A program made the position numbers and the translations under genes. 6,025 bases of DNA from a virus. Taxonomy: Duplodnaviria; Heunggongvirae; Uroviricota; Caudoviricetes. Location: IMG/VR virus record IMGVR_UViG_2695420792_000002, one strand, 5' to 3'. Below are positions 1-5,967 of this stretch, in pieces; the stretch's first letter is position 1; each line of letters starts with the position of its first letter. The notes under the pieces are model-generated. The model did no database searches and was not told the origin of the DNA. It saw only the letters and a list, made by a program, of their open reading frames with translations.

Positions 1-249
1 TTCGGGGGAAAAACGAGTATTTTTAGTCATCCTGTTTACCTCTTTCTCAGGAAGTTTAGTCTCCAGGATTCCCGGGGCGGTTCAGATATCACCACTATCC
101 AGTCGTTACGCCATACCTCCGATCTTGATACCGGAGAGATGTATGTCTTCCTGTGTAAGGTTGAAGCCTGGGCGGTGAATATTGGCTGCCACCTGACTAT
201 TCCGCAGAGCTGCGAGTTCCAGCTGCTCCGCGACAAGCAGGAGGCGTAA
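1..249 (+). CDS. 3' part of a nin-region ORF whose start lies upstream of the window; hypothetical protein in the position of ybcN in DLP12
   Basis: Frame 1 is open from base 1 to TAA at 247-249 (82 sense codons). Its stop overlaps the ninE ATG as TAATG, preceded by GGAGG. The listed minus-strand ORF 36..284 is its antisense shadow. Product identity not recognised from sequence. Confidence 0.5.
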   Translation, partial: FGGKTSIFSHPVYLFLRKFSLQDSRGGSDITTIQSLRHTSDLDTGEMYVFLCKVEAWAVNIGCHLTIPQSCEFQLLRDKQEA

Positions 250-419
250 TGGCTACACCGCTTATTCGTGTCATGAACGGACACATCTACAGAGTATCAA
301 ATCGTCGTAAGCGTAAGCCTGAGCTGAAGCCATCCGAAATACCAACACTGCTCGGATATACCGCTAGCCTGGTTGATAAAAAATGGTTGCGACTGGCAGC
401 AAGGAGGAATCATGGCTGA
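249..419 (+). CDS. ninE: NinE-family small protein (56 aa)
   Basis: ATG at 249 with GGAGG upstream; translation [56 protein letters not shown] matches my recollection of DLP12 NinE. Below the size cutoff of the ORF track. Overlaps ybcO start by 8 nt. Confidence 0.7.
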   Translation: MATPLIRVMNGHIYRVSNRRKRKPELKPSEIPTLLGYTASLVDKKWLRLAARRNHG

Positions 420-702
420 TTTGAGAAAAGCAGCGCGTGGTCGGGAATGCCAGGTAAGAATCCCTGGCGTATGTAATGGCAATTCTGAAACGTCTGTACT
501 GGCACATATCCGGCTGGCTGGATTGTGCGGTACCGGTATCAAACCGCCAGACCTGATTGCCACCATTGCATGTTCTGCCTGCCACGACGAAATCGACCGC
601 CGCACACATTTTGTCGATGCTGCATATGCAAAAGAATGCGCGCTGGAAGGTATGGCGAGAACACAGGTTATCTGGCTGAAAGAGGGGGTTATTAAGGCGT
701 GA
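412..702 (+). CDS. ybcO: YbcO-like DUF1364 protein (96 aa), Cys-rich, putative metal-binding nuclease
   Basis: AAGGAGG at 401-407 then ATG at 412; translation [23 protein letters not shown]...[11 protein letters not shown]... matches recalled DLP12 YbcO. The track start at 373 (TTG) is an upstream extension with no SD. Confidence 0.8.
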   Translation: MADLRKAARGRECQVRIPGVCNGNSETSVLAHIRLAGLCGTGIKPPDLIATIACSACHDEIDRRTHFVDAAYAKECALEGMARTQVIWLKEGVIKA

Positions 703-1061
703 ATACCTACAGTATCACATTACCCTGGCCTCCGAGCAATAATCGCTATTACCGCCATAATCGCGGGCGCACGCACGTCAGTGCAGAGGGGCAGGCATAC
801 CGCGATAACGTCGCCCGAATCATTAAAAGCGCAATGCTGGATATCGGCCTGGCTATGCCTGTGAAAATCCGCATTGAGTGCCACATGCCGGATCGCCGTC
901 GCCGTGACCTGGATAATCTGCAAAAAGCCGCTTTTGACGCACTCACTAAAGCAGGTTTCTGGCTGGATGATGCTCAGGTCGTTGATTACCGCGTTGTGAA
1001 GATGCCTGTTACCAAAGGTGGGAGGCTGGAACTGACCATCACCGAAATGGGGAATGAATGA
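699..1061 (+). CDS. rusA: Holliday junction resolvase RusA (crossover junction endodeoxyribonuclease), 120 aa
   Basis: Translation [37 protein letters not shown]... is the RusA family signature. GTG start at 699 overlaps the ybcO stop (GTGA), indicating translational coupling. Confidence 0.9.
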   Translation: MNTYSITLPWPPSNNRYYRHNRGRTHVSAEGQAYRDNVARIIKSAMLDIGLAMPVKIRIECHMPDRRRRDLDNLQKAAFDALTKAGFWLDDAQVVDYRVVKMPVTKGGRLELTITEMGNE

Positions 1062-1198
1062 TGTTTGAGTTTAATATAGCAGAACTTCTTCGCCACCGCT
1101 GGGGGCGTCTGCGCTTATATCGTTTCCCCGGTTCTGTTTTGACCGATTACCGAATACTGAAGAATTACGCCAAAACCCTGACAGGAGCAGGAGTATGA
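1058..1198 (+). CDS. ylcG: YlcG-like small protein (46 aa)
   Basis: ATG at 1058 overlaps the rusA stop (ATGA). Translation [46 protein letters not shown] matches recalled DLP12 YlcG. Absent from the ORF track because it is short. Confidence 0.6.
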   Translation: MMFEFNIAELLRHRWGRLRLYRFPGSVLTDYRILKNYAKTLTGAGV

Positions 1199-1283
1199 AG
1201 TCAGAGATAACAATCAACTAATACTGTTTTATTGATTTTTGCTTGTAATTGGCGTTCTGGTCTGATTTTTGTGGAGTAAGTTG

Positions 1284-1667
1284 ATGCGTGATATTCAGAT
1301 GGTTCTTGAGCGTTGGGGAGCGTGGGCGGCTAATAATCATGAAGATGTGACCTGGTCGTCCATTGCCGCCGGTTTTAAGGGATTAATTCCTTCAAAAGTA
1401 AAATCTCGCCCGCAATGTTGTGACGATGACGCGATGATCATTTGCGGGTGCATGGCCCGTCTGAAAAAGAACAACAGCGATTTGCACGATTTATTAGTAG
1501 ATTATTATGTAGTTGGTATGACATTCATGTCACTGGCAGGTAAGCATTGCTGCTCTGATGGTTATATCGGGAAAAGGTTACAGAAGGCTGAGGGCATAAT
1601 TGAAGGGATGTTAATGGCATTAGATATCCGGTTAGAGATGGATATCGTTGTTAATAACTCTAATTAA
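1284..1667 (+). CDS. quuD: Late-gene antiterminator Q homolog (127 aa), QuuD-like
   Basis: GGAG at 1273-1276 then ATG at 1284; translation [26 protein letters not shown]...[16 protein letters not shown]... matches recalled DLP12 QuuD. The track start at 1269 is a TTG extension. Position immediately upstream of the lysis cassette fits Q. Confidence 0.8.
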   Translation: MRDIQMVLERWGAWAANNHEDVTWSSIAAGFKGLIPSKVKSRPQCCDDDAMIICGCMARLKKNNSDLHDLLVDYYVVGMTFMSLAGKHCCSDGYIGKRLQKAEGIIEGMLMALDIRLEMDIVVNNSN

Positions 1668-1684
1668 TACGCCAATTATTTACT

Positions 1685-1718
1685 AAAAGTTATTAAAAAT
1701 GGGGCGTTGAAACGCCCC
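1685..1718 (-). terminator. Candidate intrinsic terminator for minus-strand transcripts (distal end of the porin 3' UTR)
   Basis: Perfect hairpin GGGGCG-TTGAAA-CGCCCC at 1701-1718. On the minus strand it is followed by AUUUUUAAUAACUUUU (complement of 1685-1700). Confidence 0.35.
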
Positions 1719-1745
1719 CAAAAATAAAGGGTAATATATAACAGA
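1707..1745 (+). promoter_or_regulatory. Speculative late promoter (pR'-like) and Q-utilisation region just downstream of Q
   Basis: TTGAAA at 1707-1712 and TAATAT at 1732-1737 (19-bp spacer), about 40-70 bp past the Q stop, the distance at which lambdoid phages place pR'. Weak match, position-based. Confidence 0.2.
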
Positions 1746-1806
1746 AGGTTTGTATAGTTAGAAGCAAGGTTGTGCTTCTAAAGGAAGTGGCTTGAGGGAG
1801 CCACTT

Positions 1807-1847
1807 ATATGTTGGGGAGGCAAAGCCTCCCACAACATATCTTTTAG
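1807..1847 (+). terminator. Candidate intrinsic terminator for plus-strand transcripts (tR'-like); also sits immediately 3' of the porin stop
   Basis: 15-bp stem with one bulge: ATATGTTGGGGAGGC / AAA loop / GCCTCCC(A)CAACATAT at 1807-1840, followed on the plus strand by CTTTTAG. Confidence 0.35.
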
Positions 1848-1855
1848 TAATCAAA

Positions 1856-2938
1856 TTAGAACTGGTAAACCATACCTACAGCAACGATATCATCGGTAGC
1901 AACGCCAGATGCTTTCGTGAAATCGCTCTTATCAATCAGGTTGATTTTGTAGTCAACAAAAGTGGACATATTTTTGTTGAAGTAATAGGTTGCACCTACA
2001 TCAACATATTCAACCAGGTCCTGATCACCCCAAACACCCAAGTCTTTTCCTTTAGAATGCAGGTAAGCAACGGATGGACGCAGGCCGAAGTCGAACTGAT
2101 ATTGTGCAACAGCTTCGAAGTTTTGTGCTTTGTTGGCAATATGGTTATTACCAAAAACAGTCATGTTCTGGGTTTCAGAATAGGTGGTGGCCAGATAGAT
2201 GTTGTTCGCATCATATTTCAGACCAGCTGCCCATACTTCAGCATTTTGACCAGAAGCATTCAGACCGTTGTTACCGTAGATAACCTGATTATTAGTGCGA
2301 TCAGATTTAGCATAGGTTGCACCTACACCGAATCCTTCATACTCATAAGTAGTGGAGAAACCGAAACCATCACCATTAGCTTCAGTTACGTCAGTGCGGT
2401 CATTTTTACCCTGATACTGAGCAGCAAAGTTCAGACCATCAACCAGACCAAAGAAGTCGTTGTTACGATAAGTTGCAACACCAGTGGTGCGACCAGTCAT
2501 GAACACATCTGTTTGAGTCCAAGTGTCACCACCGAATTCTGGCAGGACGTCAGTCCACGCACCGATGTCGTATGCTACACCGTAGTTACGGCCGTAATCG
2601 ATGGAGCCGTAGTCACCGAATTTCAGGCCAGCGAAGGCAAGACGGGTTTTATCTTTGGAGGAACCTTGAGATTCAGCGCGGTTGCCTTTGAATTCATATT
2701 CCCACTGACCGAAACCAGTCAGTTGATCGTTGATTTGGGTTTCACCTTTGAAGCCAAGACGGGCATAAGTAGTATCACCATCATCTGCATCATTAGAGGA
2801 GAAGTAGTGCTTAGCATTAACTTTCCCGTACAGATCCAGCTTGTTACTGTCTTTATTATAAATTTCAGCTGCCTGAGCAGACATCGCCATCAGTACTGAT
2901 GCAGCTACAGCAGAAATTGCCACTGTTAATTTTTTCAT
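1856..2938 (-). CDS. nmpC: OmpC/OmpF/PhoE-family general porin (360 aa), NmpC / Lc-type prophage porin, apparently intact
   Basis: Translation begins [23 protein letters not shown] (signal peptide) then [16 protein letters not shown]..., with the C-terminal ...VGMVYQF typical of 16-strand porins. Matches recalled NmpC N-terminal region. No internal stop or IS interruption across the full-length ORF. Confidence 0.9.
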   Translation of the reverse strand: MKKLTVAISAVAASVLMAMSAQAAEIYNKDSNKLDLYGKVNAKHYFSSNDADDGDTTYARLGFKGETQINDQLTGFGQWEYEFKGNRAESQGSSKDKTRLAFAGLKFGDYGSIDYGRNYGVAYDIGAWTDVLPEFGGDTWTQTDVFMTGRTTGVATYRNNDFFGLVDGLNFAAQYQGKNDRTDVTEANGDGFGFSTTYEYEGFGVGATYAKSDRTNNQVIYGNNGLNASGQNAEVWAAGLKYDANNIYLATTYSETQNMTVFGNNHIANKAQNFEAVAQYQFDFGLRPSVAYLHSKGKDLGVWGDQDLVEYVDVGATYYFNKNMSTFVDYKINLIDKSDFTKASGVATDDIVAVGMVYQF

Positions 2939-3300
2939 CGTGAGCCCTTTTTTTTGAACTATTATTAAAAAATGATGTCACTGCGCGATAAATATTCATC
3001 TAATCAATGTGATTATTTCAAGATGTAAGTTTTAGTTTCTCATTTAATTTGTGAAGTAGATCTCTATTTTTATCTGAACTTTTTCTATCGAAACCTATTT
3101 ATGGCTCTTATTTGAACAAAAATAAACCTATTAGCTAATTTATATTAATGGCTGTTATTTATGGGGGGTCTATAATTCGATGGTTTAATTTAAATTAACT
3201 AAAAATAACGCCGGAAATTATTTATTGGTTATTTGTTGAGGTTTTCTTATGTATTTGTGGTGGTGTTTTGAACACTCGGTAGCATTCTCATAAATATCAT
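2939..3300 (-). promoter_or_regulatory. AT-rich upstream region of the porin gene (promoter and probable regulator-binding sites)
   Basis: Strongly AT-rich, ORF-free sequence immediately 5' of the porin start codon on the minus strand, with many A/T tracts. Boundaries are approximate. Confidence 0.3.
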
Positions 3301-3526
3301 TCAGTGGTTTACGTACGTAAAAAATTGGTTATGCTGTTAAGAGTGGTTACTTCGTCACACAGCTTAAACCCGCCGTCGAGCTGGTTTTTCCATTTTTTGA
3401 GTCTCGATATTAGCTGATAACTCAATACCTGAGTTATTCACTGACTCCGAGTCTGTTACGTTTCTGCTTTTTTGCGATACGTTGTATTCCCTCAATTTAC
3501 ACCCGCTTTGTCTGCGAGGTGGGGTT

Positions 3527-3742
3527 ATGAAATCCATGGATAAGTTAACAACGGGTGTCGCCTATGGCACCTCAGCAGGTAGTGCCGGTTACTGGTTTTT
3601 ACAGCTGCTCGATAAAGTCACGCCCTCACAGTGGGCAGCAATAGGTGTGCTGGGTAGCCTGGTATTTGGCCTGCTGACGTACCTGACAAACCTTTATTTC
3701 AAGATTAAAGAAGATAAGCGCAAGGCTGCGAGAGGTGAATAA
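3527..3742 (+). CDS. essD: Phage-21-type class II holin (pinholin S21 homolog), 71 aa, with dual-start motif
   Basis: GAGGTGGGG then ATG at 3527; translation [71 protein letters not shown] closely resembles S21. Met1 and Met4 give the antiholin/holin dual start. The track start at 3482 is a TTG extension. Confidence 0.9.
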
Positions 3743-4239
3743 TGCCTCCATCATTACGAAAAGCCGTTGCTGCTGCTATTGGTGGCGGAGCAATTGCTAT
3801 AGCATCAGTGTTAATCACTGGCCCAAGTGGTAACGATGGTCTGGAAGGTGTCAGCTACATACCATACAAAGATATTGTTGGTGTATGGACCGTATGTCAC
3901 GGGCATACAGGAAAAGACATCATGCTCGGTAAAACGTATACCAAAGCAGAATGCAAAGCACTCTTGAATAAAGACCTTGCCACTGTCGCCAGACAAATTA
4001 ACCCATACATCGAAGTCGATATACCGGAAACAACGCGCGGCGCTCTTTACTCATTCGTTTACAACGTGGGTGCTGGCAATTTCAGAACATCGACGCTTCT
4101 TCGCAAAATAAACCAGGGCGATATCAAAGGCGCATGTGATCAGTTACGTCGCTGGACATATGCTGGCGGTAAGCAATGGAAAGGTCTCATGACTCGTCGT
4201 GAGATTGAGCGTGAAATCTGTTTGTGGGGTCAGCAATGA
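3742..4239 (+). CDS. rrrD: SAR endolysin (phage-21 R-type lysozyme, T4-lysozyme-like, GH24), 165 aa
   Basis: ATG overlaps the holin stop (TAATG). N-terminal Gly/Ala-rich weakly hydrophobic segment [20 protein letters not shown] (signal-anchor-release domain), followed by the E...D...T catalytic region ([24 protein letters not shown]). Confidence 0.9.
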   Translation: MPPSLRKAVAAAIGGGAIAIASVLITGPSGNDGLEGVSYIPYKDIVGVWTVCHGHTGKDIMLGKTYTKAECKALLNKDLATVARQINPYIEVDIPETTRGALYSFVYNVGAGNFRTSTLLRKINQGDIKGACDQLRRWTYAGGKQWKGLMTRREIEREICLWGQQ

Positions 4240-4697
4240 ACAGAGTAACCGCGATTATCTCCGCTCTGGTTATCTGCATCATCGTCTGCCTGTCATGGGC
4301 TGTTAATCATTACCGTGATAACGCCATTACCTATAAAGCCCAGCGCGACAAAAATGCCAAAGAACTGAAGCTGGCGAACGCGGCAATTACTGACATGCAG
4401 ATGCGTCAGCGTGATGTTGCTGCGCTCGATGCAAAATACACGAAGGAGTTAGCTGATGCGAAAGCTGAAAATGATGCTCTGCGTGATGATGTTGCCGCTG
4501 GTCGTCGTCGGTTGCACATCAAAGCAGTCTGTCAGTCAGTGCGTGAAGCCACCACCGCCTCCGGCGTGGATAATGCAGCCTCCCCCCGACTGGCAGACAC
4601 CGCTGAACAGGATTATTTCACCCTCAGAGAGAGGCTGATCACTATGCAAAAACAACTGGAAGGAACCCAGAAGTATATTAATGAGCAGTGCAGATAG
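4236..4697 (+). CDS. rzpD: Rz inner-membrane spanin (i-spanin), 153 aa
   Basis: ATG at 4236 overlaps the endolysin stop (ATGA). N-terminal transmembrane helix ([20 protein letters not shown]) followed by a charged coiled-coil-like periplasmic domain. The track start at 4224 is an upstream extension. Confidence 0.85.
   Translation: MNRVTAIISALVICIIVCLSWAVNHYRDNAITYKAQRDKNAKELKLANAAITDMQMRQRDVAALDAKYTKELADAKAENDALRDDVAAGRRRLHIKAVCQSVREATTASGVDNAASPRLADTAEQDYFTLRERLITMQKQLEGTQKYINEQCR
4456..4638 (+). CDS. rzoD: Rz1 outer-membrane lipoprotein spanin (o-spanin), 60 aa, fully embedded in the +1 frame of Rz
   Basis: AGGAG at 4443-4447 then ATG at 4456; lipobox-like LVVVGC with Cys20; proline-rich mature part ([15 protein letters not shown]). 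Entirely inside Rz in another frame, the classic Rz/Rz1 architecture. Confidence 0.85.
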   Translation: MRKLKMMLCVMMLPLVVVGCTSKQSVSQCVKPPPPPAWIMQPPPDWQTPLNRIISPSERG

Positions 4698-4728
4698 AGC
4701 TGCCCATATCGATGGGCAACTCATGCAA

Positions 4729-5022
4729 TTATTGTGAGCAATACACACGCGCTTCCAGCGGAGTATAAATGCCTAAAGTAATAAAACCGAGCAATCCATT
4801 TACGAATGTTTGCTGGGTTTCTGTTTTAACAACATTTTCTGCGCCGCCACAAATTTTGGCTGCATCAACAGTTTTCTCCTGTCCAATTCCCGAAACGAAG
4901 AAGTGATGGGTGATGGTTTCCTTTGGTGTTACTGCTGTCGGTTTGTTTCCAACAGTAAACGTCTGTTGAGCACATCCTGTAATAAGCATTGCCAGAGCGG
5001 CAGAAAACAACATTTTTTTCAT
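4729..5022 (-). CDS. bor: Bor lipoprotein (serum-resistance / Iss-family outer-membrane lipoprotein), 97 aa
   Basis: Translation from the ATG at 5022: MKKMLFSAALAMLITGCAQQTFTVGNKPTAV... with lipobox LITGC. Matches recalled lambda Bor. The track start at 5070 is an upstream extension. Confidence 0.85.
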   Translation of the reverse strand: MKKMLFSAALAMLITGCAQQTFTVGNKPTAVTPKETITHHFFVSGIGQEKTVDAAKICGGAENVVKTETQQTFVNGLLGFITLGIYTPLEARVYCSQ

Positions 5023-5222
5023 CTTATTATCCTGCATTGTTAAAAACGGCAGAATCCTATGTGACAACAATTAAACGATAGTTAAATGGATTGATGAAAA
5101 TTAAAACTATATAGGTGTACGCTCAGACTATTGGAGGAAGTTGGGGACACTCAGAATCCTGTGGAATGAAATAAACCGGTCTATCCGTCTATTACCCTTT
5201 TAGCTGCGCTGTATCGTCGCCG

Positions 5223-5287
5223 TATTCCCGCATTAACCATGACCGTAGCCCGACGGGGAATTCCTTCTGCGTGAGTGTGCGGGAATA
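5223..5287. repeat. Perfect 10-bp inverted repeat (TATTCCCGCA / TGCGGGAATA) flanking a 45-bp spacer in ORF-free DNA
   Basis: Read directly: 5223-5232 TATTCCCGCA and 5278-5287 TGCGGGAATA are exact reverse complements. The spacer contains a GAATTC palindrome. Confidence 0.5.
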
Positions 5288-5384
5288 ATCAAAAACGATG
5301 CACACCGGGTTTTACTGTGCTGACAGACGCAGGGTTACCCTCATAGTCGCTTTTCCGGTGCGATGGTGGAAGAAACCGGGATGT

Positions 5385-5579
5385 TCATCCATCATCACTT
5401 TGGATTGATGTATATGCTCTCTTTTCTGACGTTAGTCTCCGACGGCAGGCTTCAATGACCCAGGCTGAGAAATTCCCAGACCCTTTTTGCTCAAGAGCGA
5501 TGTTAATTTGTTCAATCATTTGGTTAGGAAAGCGGATGTTGCGGGTTGTTGTTCTGCGGGTTTTGTTCTTCGTTGACAT
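5385..5579 (-). CDS. ylcI: Small basic DUF3950 / YlcI-like protein (64 aa), function unknown
   Basis: Translation MSTKNKTRRTTTRNIRFPNQMIEQINIALEQKGSGNFSAWVIEACRRRLTSEKRAYTSIQSDDG resembles the small conserved protein encoded next to cos in lambda-like phages (my recollection of YlcI). Start codon preceded by AGG. Transcribed divergently from the terminase. Confidence 0.6.
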   Translation of the reverse strand: MSTKNKTRRTTTRNIRFPNQMIEQINIALEQKGSGNFSAWVIEACRRRLTSEKRAYTSIQSDDG

Positions 5580-5743
5580 GAGGTTGCCCCGTATTCAGTG
5601 TCGCTGATTTGTATTGTCTGAAGTTGTTTTTACGTTAAGTTGATGCAGATCAATTAATACGATACCTGCGTCATAATTGATTATTTGACGTGGTTTGATG
5701 GCGTAGATGCACGTTGTGACATATAGATGATAATTATTATCAT

Positions 5744-5778
5744 TTTGCGGGTCCTTTCCGGCGATCCGACAGGTTACG
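5744..5778. other. cos right-end flank including the probable cosQ region
   Basis: TTTGCGGGTCCTTTCCGGCGATCCGACAGGTTACG immediately 5' of cosN matches my recollection of the lambda genome right end. Confidence 0.6.
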
Positions 5779-5790
5779 GGGCGGCGACCT
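5779..5790. other. cosN, the 12-nt cohesive-end sequence GGGCGGCGACCT (terminase nicking site)
   Basis: Exact lambda cohesive-end sequence GGGCGGCGACCT, flanked by lambda-like left-end sequence (CGCGGGTTTTCGCTATTTATGAAAATTTTCCGG). Confidence 0.85.
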
Positions 5791-5942
5791 CGCGGGTTTT
5801 CGCTATTTATGAAAATTTTCCGGTTTAAGGCGTTTCCGTTCTTCTTCGTCGTAACTTAATGTTTTTATTTAAAATACCCCCTGAAAAGAAAGGAAACGAC
5901 AGGTGCTGAAAACGAGCTTTTGGGCCTCTGTCGTTTCCTTTC
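5791..5942. promoter_or_regulatory. cosB: terminase small-subunit binding sites R3, R2 and R1 with an intervening AT-rich IHF-like site
   Basis: CGTTTCC motifs: R3 at about 5831-5848 (CGTTTCCGTTCTTCTTCG); R2 and R1 form a perfect 15-bp inverted repeat GAAAGGAAACGACAG (5888-5902) / CTGTCGTTTCCTTTC (5928-5942); AT-rich TAACTTAATGTTTTTATTTAAAATA between R3 and R2. Confidence 0.75.
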
Positions 5943-5967
5943 TCTGTTTTTGGCCGTGGAATGAACA

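Noticed and set aside
36-284. 82-aa minus-strand ORF
   Set aside because: Antisense to an open plus-strand frame that is translationally coupled (TAATG) to ninE; plus-strand coding is more parsimonious.
297-609. Minus-strand ORFs 297..605 and 364..609
   Set aside because: Antisense to the recognisable ninE and ybcO coding sequences.
720-946. Minus-strand ORFs 720..923 and 749..946
   Set aside because: Antisense to rusA, which has a clear family signature.
1215-1250. Weak AT-rich hairpin (ATCAA...TTGAT) followed by a T-run upstream of Q, considered as a tR-type terminator
   Set aside because: Stem is short and AT-only; cannot be supported as a terminator from sequence alone.
2057-2899. 280-aa plus-strand ORF, and the nested 69-aa ORF at 2074..2283
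   Set aside because: Both lie entirely antisense to the well-supported porin gene, have low-complexity translations and no SD; they are antisense shadows.
3811-3996. 61-aa minus-strand ORF
   Set aside because: Embedded antisense within the SAR endolysin gene.
4536-4748. 70-aa minus-strand ORF
   Set aside because: Antisense to Rz/Rz1; its Gly-rich translation mirrors the Rz1 proline codons.
4810-5043. 77-aa plus-strand ORF
   Set aside because: Antisense to the bor lipoprotein gene.
373-5070. Upstream start extensions in the ORF track (373, 1269, 3482, 4224 on plus; 5070 on minus)
   Set aside because: Each uses TTG or an upstream codon without an SD, while a downstream ATG with a good SD gives the recalled protein N-terminus; the shorter ORFs were annotated.
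5298-5408. 36-aa plus-strand ORF (MHTGFYCADRRR...)
   Set aside because: No ribosome-binding site, overlaps the 3' end of the ylcI-like gene, no recognisable features.
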